Positions 47,518 through 57,858 of a stretch of 64,000 bases of DNA are shown here, piece after piece. Positions within the stretch are counted from its first letter, which is position 1, and each line of letters begins with the position of its first letter. The notes beneath the pieces were generated by a model, which saw only the letters and a program-made list of their open reading frames with translations, was not told the origin of the DNA and searched no databases. This stretch comes from Candidatus Heimdallarchaeota archaeon (GTDB lineage Archaea; Asgardarchaeota; Heimdallarchaeia; Heimdallarchaeales; Heimdallarchaeaceae), in the NCBI GenBank assembly GCA_016839945.1, contig JAEOTE010000090.1:3414-67413 (forward strand). Direction: 5' to 3'. The translations under genes were made by a program, and so were the position numbers.

Positions 47518-48258
47518 TTATTTCATTAGCTTTGTTATCTCCTCATGGTTAAGTTTTTCATAACGTTCTATAGAACCGATATCATCCCAATAACAATCAT
47601 CAGGGATATAAGCCATAACATTGTTTTTTTCAACAAAATATGGAAAAATATCTTTTGATAGATCAATGCTTTTTGTGCTATCAAACTCTTCAAGAAAATT
47701 AAATACAGTTGGCTCTATTATACTGATTCCTGTATTTACTAAAAGAGGTAATTTAGGTTTTTCAACAAATTTTGTAACTCTTTTTTCCTCATCTATTTCA
47801 GCTATTCCAACACGCAAATCCCAACCTTCGGTAACTAAAATTGAAGCCCATTTTCCATGTTTTAAGTGAAAATTCAACATATCTGTAAAATTGACATTTG
47901 TGATTATATCAGAGTAAAAAATAATTATGCGTCTGTTGCCAATAATATCTTTAGCATTCAAAAGAGCTGTGCCAGTTCCTTTAGGTCCAGGTTTGTCTAC
48001 AACATAGCTGAGATTCATCCCCCATTTTTCTCCATTTCCAAAGTAACCCTGAATTTGTTCTTTCTTATAATTTACTAGTAATATTAAATCCTTTATACCA
48101 TGTTTCTTAAAATGAGTAATTACATATTCCAGAATAGGAAGTTGGTCTTTACCTATGGGAACCATGACTTTTTGCATGTAATAGGTAAGAGGGCGCATTC
48201 TTGTTCCTTCTCCACCACAAAAAAGAATTCCAACTGTTTCTGTCATTTCAAATATCAA
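47518..48258 (-). CDS. sugar-phosphate nucleotidyltransferase
   Basis: 246 aa. ILFCGGEGTRMRPLT (G-x-G-T-R-x-x-P-L-T) at the N-terminus, NTP_transferase fold. Confidence 0.8.
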   Translation of the reverse strand: MIFEMTETVGILFCGGEGTRMRPLTYYMQKVMVPIGKDQLPILEYVITHFKKHGIKDLILLVNYKKEQIQGYFGNGEKWGMNLSYVVDKPGPKGTGTALLNAKDIIGNRRIIIFYSDIITNVNFTDMLNFHLKHGKWASILVTEGWDLRVGIAEIDEEKRVTKFVEKPKLPLLVNTGISIIEPTVFNFLEEFDSTKSIDLSKDIFPYFVEKNNVMAYIPDDCYWDDIGSIERYEKLNHEEITKLMK

Positions 48259-48375
48259 TAGTTGAGGTTATTTAATTATTTATTCCTAATTACGATAGTT
48301 CTATAGCGAAAGTATGATGATGATGATATTCCGATTAAGAAATTCTTATTAACATAAAGTAGAGATGTAATTATT

Positions 48376-49029
48376 ATGGAATCAACTAAGACATCTACTC
48401 TTGCTGAAATAACAGACAAACTAAAAGCAAATATTGATCGTTCATTTTGGAAAGGAAGAGGAAATAGAGAACTCTTTAGAGAAGCAGTAAAGAATCTAGT
48501 TGCTTCTGGTGTTCTTTCGAAGGACGAGTATTCATACTTTCAGAAAAATGAAAGAAGAATTTTGGTTAAAACACAACTTATTCATCTCATCCCAGAATTA
48601 CAATCTCAGGAGGTAGTTGAAAACACATTGAGACATCTTTCGAATGTAATTTTGGAGAAAAAATATAAGGAAGGAGAAACAAGACGTGAAGAAGTTGAAA
48701 AACAAATCGTAGACCAAATTGCGAGTCACCTTCATAGTACTTTTCATCCAAAAATATCATCAGTAAAAGATGCTTTTTCACATATGAGACAAATGATTCA
48801 AGAGTCACCAGACGTTTCTCAGGAATTAATAAAAATCTCTAATCAATTGCTAGAAGTGCGAGACGGCTTATTAGAGAAAGGACAAAGTCCGATGTTATTA
48901 CACGAAATAGACAAACTTTCAACTAAATTAGTTTTTGCTGCAAAAAGTAACAACCCAGAGGACATTCCTTCGAAAACCGATCTACTAAACTGGTTGAATG
49001 ATATCCAAATCACTTCTAATGTCGAATAA
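48376..49029 (+). CDS. hypothetical helical protein
   Basis: 217-aa ORF with no family recognised. Confidence 0.4.
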   Translation: MESTKTSTLAEITDKLKANIDRSFWKGRGNRELFREAVKNLVASGVLSKDEYSYFQKNERRILVKTQLIHLIPELQSQEVVENTLRHLSNVILEKKYKEGETRREEVEKQIVDQIASHLHSTFHPKISSVKDAFSHMRQMIQESPDVSQELIKISNQLLEVRDGLLEKGQSPMLLHEIDKLSTKLVFAAKSNNPEDIPSKTDLLNWLNDIQITSNVE

Positions 49030-49152
49030 CTCAACAAAACAGATTAGCTAACCGAAACCTCAATTTTTCTTATTTAAAACTTTGATATCACAATAATTTT
49101 AAATATTGTATAATTTCTTTTGTAGCGTAATTACTTCTGGAGTGTTTGTAAA

Positions 49153-50319
49153 GTGAAATTCAGAAAAATAATAGCATCAGAATCTGTTACTGAAGGTCAT
49201 CCTGATAAAGTTTGTGACCAAATTTCAGATGCAATTCTTGATGCCATTTTAAGTGTGGATCCTGATGCATATGTTGCATGTGAAACTTTTGTTACAACCG
49301 GTCTTGTTATAGTAGGAGGAGAGATTACTACAACCAAGGGATGTATTATTAATTATGATAAAATAGTTCGAAATACGATAAAAGAAATCGGTTATGATGA
49401 TTCTAATATAGGTTTTGACTATCGGGGTTGTGCAGTTATAAATACAATTCATTCACAATCTCCAGATATTTCACAAGGGATAAAAAAAGGGGAATTAGAA
49501 GAGCAAGGGGCGGGGGATCAAGGCATAATGATTGGCTATGCAACAAATGAAACACCAGAATATATGCCCTTACCAATAATATTAGCACATAAATTAACAG
49601 CAAAGCTTAGTGAAGTTAGAAAAAAAGGAATTCTTCAATTTCTTAAACCAGATGGGAAGTCTTTAGTTGCAGCTGAATATGAGGAGAATAAACCAACCAG
49701 AATTGAAGCTGTTGTTATTGCTGCACAACATACCAAAGATGTTTCTCAAGAAGAAATAGAAGAAGGAATAATAAAGGAAGTTGTTCAAAAAGTTGTTCCT
49801 AAAAATCTTATGGATTCTGAAACTAAAATATTCATTAATAGAACCGGACGTTTTGTGGTAGGGGGTCCTCATGGTGATTCAGGTCTAACAGGGAGGAAAA
49901 TTATAGTGGACACATATGGACAACATTCGCATGGTGGTGGTGCATTTTCAGGAAAGGATCCTTCTAAAGTTGATCGTTCTGCATCATACGCCGCAAGATA
50001 TGTTGCTAAAAATGTCGTAGCAGCGGATTTGGCTGATGAATGTGAGGTTCAAGTTTCATATTGTATTGGAGTACCTGAACCGTTGTCAGTTAACATTGAA
50101 TGTTTTAACACTGAAAAAGTACAAATTGATAAGATAAGAGAAGCTGTAATGAAAATCTTTGATTTCAGACCAGGTATAATAGTAGAACAATTAGAATTAA
50201 AAAGACCGATATACTTGAAAACAGCATGTTATGGTCATTTTGGAAGGAATTTACCTGAATTCACTTGGGAAAAAACAGACAAAGTTGAGGAATTAAAACG
50301 AATTGTTAATGAATTGTGA
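49153..50319 (+). CDS. metK: S-adenosylmethionine synthetase, MetK (bacterial/eukaryotic) type
   Basis: 388 aa. [55 protein letters not shown] and [22 protein letters not shown] start. Confidence 0.9.
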   Translation: MKFRKIIASESVTEGHPDKVCDQISDAILDAILSVDPDAYVACETFVTTGLVIVGGEITTTKGCIINYDKIVRNTIKEIGYDDSNIGFDYRGCAVINTIHSQSPDISQGIKKGELEEQGAGDQGIMIGYATNETPEYMPLPIILAHKLTAKLSEVRKKGILQFLKPDGKSLVAAEYEENKPTRIEAVVIAAQHTKDVSQEEIEEGIIKEVVQKVVPKNLMDSETKIFINRTGRFVVGGPHGDSGLTGRKIIVDTYGQHSHGGGAFSGKDPSKVDRSASYAARYVAKNVVAADLADECEVQVSYCIGVPEPLSVNIECFNTEKVQIDKIREAVMKIFDFRPGIIVEQLELKRPIYLKTACYGHFGRNLPEFTWEKTDKVEELKRIVNEL

Positions 50320-50408
50320 TTCGGAATAAAACAAAGTTCAGCTTTGTTTTTTTTACTCATTTTTTTTCACAAACCTTTTTTTATTATTACTTATGTATTA
50401 TCGAAGGT

Positions 50409-51068
50409 ATGAACAAAACAGATAGTTTAGCAATTGAGAAAGTAGTACAAAAAATCTTGCAAGAAGAGAAACCAAAAACGGTTAAAAAGCTCATAGAAAG
50501 GACAGTAGAATTAACAAGCAAGGATAAATATGAAGTATTTCTCGTTGTTCAAGAATTAGAAAGAACTAAGAGAATCCATTTAGGATCACCAAAAATCATT
50601 AGAAAATTACCTGAAACCATACTAGAATATTTTATAAAAGTTAATTATTTCTCTGTTGAATTTTGGACTATTTTCTTGTTAACTGCAATGTTCTTTCCAA
50701 TTATAATTCTAATTCCTGAAGAATCTTCCTTTTTGTTCCTTCGAGTAATTTTTGGGTTTTTGTTCATTCTATTTATCCCAGGATGGTCGATTACAAATCT
50801 GTTTTTTCCGAAACTATATGAAGTAATAGATCAGTTCGAGAGATTTTTAATTGCAATTGGAGTAAATGTTGGAATTGCTATTTTTTCTGGACTAATCCTA
50901 AATCAAGTCTGGATTATTAATTCAACACCATTTACTATTATTATTGGTTCATTTACTTTTGCAGCTTCATTATTATCGTCATTGTTGAGAATTTATATTG
51001 GTTCGAGCAGAAATAAGAAATTATTGGTACTATTTGAGAATATAAAATTAAAAATAAAAAGAAAGTGA
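50409..51068 (+). CDS. DUF1616-like membrane protein (N-terminal wHTH-like domain plus TM region)
   Basis: LRVIFGFLFILFIPGWSITNLFFP...DQFERFLIAIGVNVGIAIFSGLILN resembles the conserved DUF1616 membrane core. Start set at MNKTDSL, although the ORF is open from 50316. Confidence 0.5.
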   Translation: MNKTDSLAIEKVVQKILQEEKPKTVKKLIERTVELTSKDKYEVFLVVQELERTKRIHLGSPKIIRKLPETILEYFIKVNYFSVEFWTIFLLTAMFFPIIILIPEESSFLFLRVIFGFLFILFIPGWSITNLFFPKLYEVIDQFERFLIAIGVNVGIAIFSGLILNQVWIINSTPFTIIIGSFTFAASLLSSLLRIYIGSSRNKKLLVLFENIKLKIKRK

Positions 51069-51074
51069 AGGAAA

Positions 51075-51614
51075 GTGTCTAGATATTGGAAGGTTAGAAG
51101 TATTGTTTTGCTAGCAATGTTGTTTCTTTCACTTTTTTTAGTAAATAATTATTCTTATGCTCAAACAGAGCAGGAGGCTTTAACATTAATCAATAATGCT
51201 AATGAAAAATTAATAGAAGCCCTTAATCTTCTTGAGGAAATCCCTGTTACAGATTCTGAAGCTAAGCAACTAACATCAGAAATAGATTCAGCATTACAAC
51301 TAATTCAAGAAGCAAAATCAAAAACAATTGAGAATGAGTATAGCGTAGCAATGCAAAGGGCAAGCGAAGCTATTGTAAAACTTGATAATGTTATTGAACA
51401 ATTAGAGGAAGTCGTTAAGAATAATAAGCAGAAAAACACGATTCTCTTTTCATTATTAGGTGTTTTTTTAGCACTGTTGACAGTGATTGTTCTTTATTTT
51501 TATCTAACAAGAATATATCCTTGGTATAAGATGAAGAAAGTTGAAAATTATGAGAGATTAGAAATAGTTTATGAAAGTGAAGGTGTGTTAAACAATGGAG
51601 AAAAAAAGGATTAG
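51075..51614 (+). CDS. secreted/anchored coiled-coil protein
   Basis: 179 aa. N-terminal signal-like helix, helical segment of about 90 aa, C-terminal TM (ILFSLLGVFLALLTVIVLYFYL). GTG start. Confidence 0.45.
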   Translation: MSRYWKVRSIVLLAMLFLSLFLVNNYSYAQTEQEALTLINNANEKLIEALNLLEEIPVTDSEAKQLTSEIDSALQLIQEAKSKTIENEYSVAMQRASEAIVKLDNVIEQLEEVVKNNKQKNTILFSLLGVFLALLTVIVLYFYLTRIYPWYKMKKVENYERLEIVYESEGVLNNGEKKD

Positions 51615-52212
51615 CGAAATAATTTTTAGAAGTACTAATCTAAAGAGATTCATTTCTCTTTTTGTTGTTTCTATAATTATTATTGTTATTGTTACAATGT
51701 TTAGCACTACATTTTTTTCATATTCTAGGGAAGGTTTCTCTGAAATATCCTTATTACAATATAATCAAGCAGAGAGTTTATATGAAGCTGCCAGACAACC
51801 TTATATTCTTTATAAAAATTTCAATTCTACCACTTATTTTATGATCAAAAATTTCGAAAACAAAGTAACCTATTATCAGTTACAGATTAAGATAACAAAA
51901 TTATCTCAAGCTGTAAATTCTGAAACGCCTTTAGCTACAACTGAATGCTATTTAATGTATTTAAACCATACTTATGAAAAAATTCTGTTTCCAGCAACAA
52001 AACAAGAGAAACAGGAAATTAACGCATTTACAGGAAGTTATATTTGGAGTCCAACTAATGTGACTTTATATTTCTCAAGTCAATTTGAATCATTGCTTTT
52101 AGGAGAAAATGGTGTGAAAATCGTTTTTGAAATATGGAGATTCAACACACAAGCAGAAGAATTTTCGTATTCAGGAATTTTCGCTTTCATGGAATTATTT
52201 GTTATAGGCTAG
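51595..52212 (+). CDS. membrane-anchored extracytoplasmic protein, resembling the soluble half of DUF1616 proteins
   Basis: 205 aa. N-terminal TM, then FSEISLLQYN...YFMIKNFENKVTYYQLQIKI, reminiscent of the TEFY...NHE...Y-x-L-x-V pattern of DUF1616 ectodomains. Overlaps the previous ORF by 20 nt. Confidence 0.4.
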   Translation: MEKKRISEIIFRSTNLKRFISLFVVSIIIIVIVTMFSTTFFSYSREGFSEISLLQYNQAESLYEAARQPYILYKNFNSTTYFMIKNFENKVTYYQLQIKITKLSQAVNSETPLATTECYLMYLNHTYEKILFPATKQEKQEINAFTGSYIWSPTNVTLYFSSQFESLLLGENGVKIVFEIWRFNTQAEEFSYSGIFAFMELFVIG

Positions 52213-52219
52213 TGTTTCT

Positions 52220-52870
52220 ATGAGTACAAAAATATTGATTCTTTCTGATATTCATAGCCAAAATATTACTTTAATGAATATTCTAGACAAAGTTCAAAGT
52301 TTGTTTAACCCACCTAAAATATGTTTTATAGCCGGTGATATTACTAATTTTGGTTCAATTGAAGATATGAATGAAGTTTTGGATATTATCACGAGTTATA
52401 ATATTCAAACTTTTTTTATACTCGGAAATTGTGACCCAGACATTAATTCAGGGACACTTGATACTTCTGCAAAACATTTAGAATCTTCAGCAGAAGAAAT
52501 TAGTTTTTTTACTTTAGTAGGTTTTGGATCTCACAGGCCTCGTATTAACTATAAGCTTCTTCTTGAACTAAAAAGAACAAAAAAGAGAGTTTGTTTACTT
52601 ACCCACGCACCACCTTATGGAACAAAAGCAGATTTAATTTCTTTTAACAGACATGGGGGTTCCCATGAAATAAAAAAAATTATAGAAAAATTCCACAATA
52701 TTTTCTTAGTAATTTCAGGTCATATACATGAATCTCACACTATTTCTACTTATAAAAAATGCACAATCATCAATCCAGGACCAATTACGAGGGGAAATTT
52801 CGCCATTATTGAAATAGACGAGGAATTTAAAGTTAAAGGGGACATACACAATATATACGAGATGAAATAA
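52220..52870 (+). CDS. calcineurin-like metallophosphoesterase
   Basis: 216 aa. ILSDIHS, AGDITNFG, LGNCD, THAPP and GHIHES motifs. Confidence 0.8.
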   Translation: MSTKILILSDIHSQNITLMNILDKVQSLFNPPKICFIAGDITNFGSIEDMNEVLDIITSYNIQTFFILGNCDPDINSGTLDTSAKHLESSAEEISFFTLVGFGSHRPRINYKLLLELKRTKKRVCLLTHAPPYGTKADLISFNRHGGSHEIKKIIEKFHNIFLVISGHIHESHTISTYKKCTIINPGPITRGNFAIIEIDEEFKVKGDIHNIYEMK

Positions 52871-53572
52871 TTGAAGAAGAATTTAGAGGATTATTTAGAA
52901 TTTTTTTCAAACTTTCAAGAATTTAACAATATCTTAGTGAAAGCCTATCAGTTTATATTACAACAATTTCTAGTATCTGGAAGTAAAAAATCACATTCTC
53001 TTGAACATACAATTCGAGTTACTTACACTTGCATGAATCTTGGATTTGAACTTAATGCGAAATTAGATATTTTAATTATTGCTGCACTCTTTCATGATAC
53101 GGGTAGACCCTTAGAGGAAGTAACAGGAAGATGTCATGCAGAATTAAGTGCTGAAATCGCAACTGAATTTCTAAAAGAACATTCTCTCGATGACATGATA
53201 CCAGAAGTATGTGACATCATCCTCTCGCACAGATTTAGCAAAAAAATCAAACCAACATCAAAAGAAGGTAAAATCCTAAAGGATGCAGATGCTCTTGATG
53301 CATTGGGTGCTATGGGTCTATACCGCACAATAAGCTACAGTGTTGAAAAAAAATACGACCTCGAAAAAGCTCTAGAGCACTTTGATGAAAAACTATTCAA
53401 ATTACCAGAGCTTATGCATTTTCCTTCTACAAAGAATTTAGCGGTAGAAAGATGTAAGATATTGAAGGAATTTATTGAGAAAATAGAAGAATACAAGAAA
53501 AAATCAAATTTTGATTCACTTTTAGAAAAATTACAAAATAAAAATCATAGCGAAAACCAGAATTTTAAATAA
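52871..53572 (+). CDS. HD domain-containing phosphohydrolase
   Basis: 233 aa. SLEHTIRV, ALFHDTGR and LKDADALDALGA. TTG start directly after the preceding stop codon. Confidence 0.75.
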   Translation: MKKNLEDYLEFFSNFQEFNNILVKAYQFILQQFLVSGSKKSHSLEHTIRVTYTCMNLGFELNAKLDILIIAALFHDTGRPLEEVTGRCHAELSAEIATEFLKEHSLDDMIPEVCDIILSHRFSKKIKPTSKEGKILKDADALDALGAMGLYRTISYSVEKKYDLEKALEHFDEKLFKLPELMHFPSTKNLAVERCKILKEFIEKIEEYKKKSNFDSLLEKLQNKNHSENQNFK

Positions 53573-53621
53573 GACTAATGTCTTATCTTTTACTTGTGTA
53601 ATAAATTAAAAGGTGAACCTT

Positions 53622-54317
53622 ATGGCTTCTCTTCATGCAGGCGACATGGTAAAAATAAATTATACTGGAAAAACAAAAGAAGATAATGTTGTGTTTGATA
53701 CTACTTCGGAAAGTATAGCGAAGAAAGAAGATATTTTTGATGAAAAAGTAATATATAGACCTTTCACTCTGATAATTGGAAAAAAGTGGCTTCCTGAGGG
53801 ATTGGAGGCGCAGATTGTAGGAATGAAAGAAGGTCAAAACAAAACCATTGAAGTTGAAGCAAAGAAAGGATTTGGTTTAAGAGATAGGTCTAAAATAAGA
53901 TTAATTCAACGAAGAGAATTTCAACGACATCAAATAAAACCAAAAGAAGATACCAAAGTTGAAATAGGAGGGCAAATGGGGAGGATCCTTAAGGTATCAA
54001 GTAGCAGAGTGAAAGTTGATTTTAATCACGATTTAGCAGGAAACGATTTGGTTTATGATGTTGAAGTTATTAAAAAAATAACTGATATCAAGGAACAATT
54101 CATTTGTTTGTTAGAAAAAAGACTACCTGGTGTTGATTTTTCATCAACAAAGATTGAACTTAAGGATAAGACCATTATTGTAGAACTGCCTAAGGATACT
54201 AGATTTATGGAATACATACAATTCATTAGAAATGGTGTAACAAGAGATTTAGGAGATATAACAACCAAATACAATAAAGTGACATTTATTGAAGATTATG
54301 AAATAGAGAAGAAATAA
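53622..54317 (+). CDS. FKBP-type peptidyl-prolyl cis-trans isomerase (long archaeal SlyD-like form)
   Basis: GDMVKINYTGK...VVFDTT, LPEGLEAQIVGMKEGQ and DFNHDLAGNDLVYDVEV. Start set at MASLHAGD. Confidence 0.8.
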   Translation: MASLHAGDMVKINYTGKTKEDNVVFDTTSESIAKKEDIFDEKVIYRPFTLIIGKKWLPEGLEAQIVGMKEGQNKTIEVEAKKGFGLRDRSKIRLIQRREFQRHQIKPKEDTKVEIGGQMGRILKVSSSRVKVDFNHDLAGNDLVYDVEVIKKITDIKEQFICLLEKRLPGVDFSSTKIELKDKTIIVELPKDTRFMEYIQFIRNGVTRDLGDITTKYNKVTFIEDYEIEKK

Positions 54318-54333
54318 ACATATCCACTTCTCT

Positions 54334-54765
54334 CTATATTTTTTTAGCTTCTACTAAAACAAGATTATAATCTAAAGGGCAATTCACTTTATTCAAAATC
54401 TTAAGAATTTTTACTTTTGATTGTTCATTAAAGTTTGAATGAATACAGTATTCATAATTCTCACATAGTATTTCGTTGCATTCCAATGGTTTTCTATTAA
54501 TGATAATGTTGTCCAGATATTTTTGAGTTTCAACGGTGATGATACTATTAGCTTTTTCAACCTCACATACAATCATTACTTGTTCATCTATTAAGCAACT
54601 ATGTTCTTTTGTGCTTATTTTCTTTATCTCATAAGAAACATTATTCTCAAGAGCTTCAACACAAACTTTTCTTAGAGTGCATTTTGAACATACTTCTGTT
54701 CCTCCCATGTGTATGAATGTGTAACCGATTTTTGCGATGTTTTTCTCTAGTAGAGTTATTATCAT
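54334..54765 (-). CDS. UPF0179 family protein
   Basis: 143 aa. MIITLLEKNIAKIGYTFIHMGGTEVCSKCTLRKVC...SYEIKKI..KEHSC matches the conserved archaeal UPF0179 N-terminus. Confidence 0.6.
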   Translation of the reverse strand: MIITLLEKNIAKIGYTFIHMGGTEVCSKCTLRKVCVEALENNVSYEIKKISTKEHSCLIDEQVMIVCEVEKANSIITVETQKYLDNIIINRKPLECNEILCENYEYCIHSNFNEQSKVKILKILNKVNCPLDYNLVLVEAKKI

Positions 54766-54813
54766 TTCAAAGGAACTTTACAGAAATTGTTTTTTAATAT
54801 TGGGAAACATAAC

Positions 54814-55881
54814 TCAATTTATTACATTAGTTTTTACTGCTACATTTACTGCGGCTTCATGTGTTAGTCCATCTTTTCCTAGAATTGTAAACCTTTCTGG
54901 TCTTATTGTGTGAGCTATTTTTAATGCGTCTATGACTTCTTCATCTTTTAACCCGGCTTTCTTTGCTGTAGTTGGTATTCCTATGGTGTTCATTACTGAT
55001 TGAATATTCTCCCAATCAAGCTCATGGAGGAAAGCCATTAGTATAGTACCTATTGCACATTGCTCCCCATGTAAAGCTGGAGTTTCTGCTATAGAATCTA
55101 GTGCGTGACTAAACATATGTTCAGAACCGCTCCCAGGTCTAGAAGATCCTGCAACACACATAGCTAAGGAGCTACCAATTAATGAGTTCATTACAATACG
55201 ACTATAACCTTCTGAATGACTTTTAATTGAATTTGCATTTTCAGAAACTAGTTTAACTGTCATTTCAGAGAGAGCGACTGAAGTTGGTGATATTGGCTCG
55301 TTTCTGATTCTGTGCGACAACATCCAGTCCTTAAGTGATGTTTTTTTAGCAAGAATATCTCCACATCCTGCACAAGTATAACGATAAGGTGAACTATCAA
55401 GAATCTTTGTGTCAGCTACGACTGCAATAGGAGGTCTAGCTTGGATTGAATGTCTTTCATCAATCCCTTTCAGTGATGCCCTTGAACTTGCAATTCCATC
55501 ATGACTTGCAATTGTTGGTATCGAAATAAATCTTTGATTAGCTTTAAACGACGTTAATTTTGCTACATCAATTGGTTTTCCTCCACCTAAACCAATAACA
55601 AAATTATTACTTGTTTCTCTTAAAACAGACAGTTGTTTGTCAACTTCATCTAATGTACTATCTTCAATAATTGATATAGTTGTTTCAATTTTCCCTTCTT
55701 CCAATATTGCTTTGATTTGTTTTCCATATTTGTTTTCCACAAATTTGTCTGTAATTAAGAGACATTTATCTCCCAATGTCAGTCTTTCAATAATTTCAGG
55801 GAGGCTTAAAAACATATTAGTGCCAAGAGATAACATTTGTGGCATTTCTATATGTTTAAACTCGTTTATTACACCATACAT
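54814..55881 (-). CDS. egsA: sn-glycerol-1-phosphate dehydrogenase [NAD(P)+]
   Basis: 355 aa. GLGGGKPIDVAK, SIPTIASHDGIASSRAS, AGCGDILAK and SSRPGSGSEHMFSHALD are hallmark G1PDH motifs. Confidence 0.85.
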   Translation of the reverse strand: MYGVINEFKHIEMPQMLSLGTNMFLSLPEIIERLTLGDKCLLITDKFVENKYGKQIKAILEEGKIETTISIIEDSTLDEVDKQLSVLRETSNNFVIGLGGGKPIDVAKLTSFKANQRFISIPTIASHDGIASSRASLKGIDERHSIQARPPIAVVADTKILDSSPYRYTCAGCGDILAKKTSLKDWMLSHRIRNEPISPTSVALSEMTVKLVSENANSIKSHSEGYSRIVMNSLIGSSLAMCVAGSSRPGSGSEHMFSHALDSIAETPALHGEQCAIGTILMAFLHELDWENIQSVMNTIGIPTTAKKAGLKDEEVIDALKIAHTIRPERFTILGKDGLTHEAAVNVAVKTNVIN

Positions 55882-56020
55882 TTCAATATCCTTTATAATC
55901 TAAATTAGCTTATATTAAAGGGATTCTATCTTTTTTTATCATAAATCATTTGTTGATAGAAACAAATGTTTAAGAAATTGGAATGAATTTTCTTGAATTG
56001 GAGCGATTTTATGACAAAAT

Positions 56021-56895
56021 ATGCAATCATAATTGATTCAACATCAGATATTCCTCAGAAACTTGTAGATGAATACAGACTATATACTATTCCTGTCTAT
56101 ATTATTTTTCCTGATACTGATGAAGCTCTAAAAGATAAAATAGAAATATCAAGAGAACAATACTTCGAAAGATTAGAACAAGCAAAAAAGCATCCTTTTA
56201 CAACTCAACCAAGTCCAAATGAGTTTCTTACTTTGTACAATAAATTAGAGAAGGAGGGTATCAAAGAAATCTTGTATATTCCATTCTCCTCAAAGCTATC
56301 TGGATTGTATAATAATGCTCATTTAGCTAAGAAGATTTATTTGAAAGAAGGAGGAAAATCAGAAGTTGAAATACATGATTCCAAGCAGAGCTCAATGGGA
56401 GTTGGAATACAAGCTTTGAAAGCTGTGAATTTATTTCAACAAGGTTTGAATCTAAAAGAAGTTGTAGAAAAGCTAGAGCATTTTAGAGAAAATCAACTTA
56501 AATCCACACTTGTTGTTGCAACTTTAAAATATCTAATGAAAGGGGGAAGAATTAGTAAGATACAATATGCTATTGGATCAGTTTTAAGTTTAACACCTTG
56601 TCTAGAAGGAACTTCTGAAGGATTACTTGTCGCATTTGATAGAACTAAGAATTACAAAGATGGCATTAAGAGAGTAATAGATAGAGCATTTGAGGAAATC
56701 AAAGAAAAAGAAGATTTAGCTGTGTATATAATTGAGGGTAAAGCTGAAAAAGGAGTAAAAATAGCAAAAACGTATTTTCAAGAGAAATATCCAGATATTG
56801 AGTTACTTGGGGAGTTACCATTAGGTGCAGCTATTTATACTCATACAGGACCTGGAGTGGTAGCATTTATTTTATTCAAGAATTTCGATTTCTAA
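56021..56895 (+). CDS. DegV family fatty-acid-binding protein
   Basis: YAIIIDSTSDIP N-terminus, TTQPSP and C-terminal HTGPGVVAF. Start set at MTKYAII, although the ORF is open from 55993. Confidence 0.8.
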
Positions 56896-56950
56896 AATCA
56901 GATTCATAATTAAGTGAACAACATAAAACATAAAAAAAGAGGAAGAAGAT

Positions 56951-57805
56951 CTATTTCTTCTTAGGAAACCAAGGAATTAATGCTTTTGTTTTTTGCTTGT
57001 AATTTTGATATTCCTTATTATCTTCAAATCTCTTCTCTGCTAAGGGTAGTCCTGTTACATAGATTAAAAGCAATGCAATAATAATAGGTCCAATAATCGA
57101 TGCGAAATTCCAAGCTTTAAATTCATATAGAGCTATGAAAAACAAACCAAACCACATAGTTATCTCACCGAAATAATTTGGGTGACGAGTATATTTCCAA
57201 AGTCCTTTTGTCATTACTTTACCCTTATTTTCTGATTTTTTCTTGAACAAGTGCATTTGTAAATCTGCAAAAAACTCAAAGAAAAAGCCAATTGACCAAA
57301 TACCAATTCCTATATAATCAAGTACCCATAGAGGTCTAGCATTAGAAGTATTTGCAGTAACAACAAGCACAGGTAATCCTATAAGAATTACGAGGATAAC
57401 TTGTGACAAATAAATCTGAAGAAAGCCTCTCCACCAAATAGATTTACCCCATTCATCACGGTAAATTTTAAATCGTCTATCTTCACCAGTTTCTTCATCT
57501 TTTCCGAATTTCCTTAAAGTAAGAAACACAGCTATTCGAATGCCCCATAGAATTACTAGTCCTGTAATCAGAATCTTTCTTTCTAAGAGAAAATTACTCC
57601 CACTTGCTATCCATGACACAATAGCAGCTAAAATAAAACCTGCTCCATATGCTATATCAACTGTATTGAAACTTTTTTGATACAAGCCTATGAAGTAGAA
57701 TATAAAGAATAATCCAAATACAGCAAGTAAACTCCATAAAATCGGAATAATCATAAATATCAACTTCACTTGATAGATTTGTTTATTTATTTTTGGTTTT
57801 GTCAA
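56951..57805 (-). CDS. DUF1295 (steroid 5-alpha-reductase/ICMT-like) membrane protein
   Basis: 284 aa, multi-TM. GLWKYTRHPNYFGEITMWFG is the DUF1295 signature. Confidence 0.7.
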   Translation of the reverse strand: MTKPKINKQIYQVKLIFMIIPILWSLLAVFGLFFIFYFIGLYQKSFNTVDIAYGAGFILAAIVSWIASGSNFLLERKILITGLVILWGIRIAVFLTLRKFGKDEETGEDRRFKIYRDEWGKSIWWRGFLQIYLSQVILVILIGLPVLVVTANTSNARPLWVLDYIGIGIWSIGFFFEFFADLQMHLFKKKSENKGKVMTKGLWKYTRHPNYFGEITMWFGLFFIALYEFKAWNFASIIGPIIIALLLIYVTGLPLAEKRFEDNKEYQNYKQKTKALIPWFPKKK

Positions 57806-57858
57806 AAATACGAAAATAGCGTAATGATTATTATTACTGTAATTTATTACATTTTAGA

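Noticed and set aside
48314-48327. ATGATGATGATGAT microsatellite that contains a perfect box C (AUGAUGA). I considered a second C/D sRNA.
   Set aside because: No D or D' box (CUGA or AUGA) lies at a 12-nt spacing in any register, and there is no terminal stem. It lies in a 117-bp divergent promoter region. It is probably a simple trinucleotide repeat.
49030-49152. Possible SAM riboswitch or other leader structure upstream of metK.
   Set aside because: No conserved SAM-I/II/III-like helices or extended complementarity were recognisable. The region is AT-rich, with TATA-like elements only.
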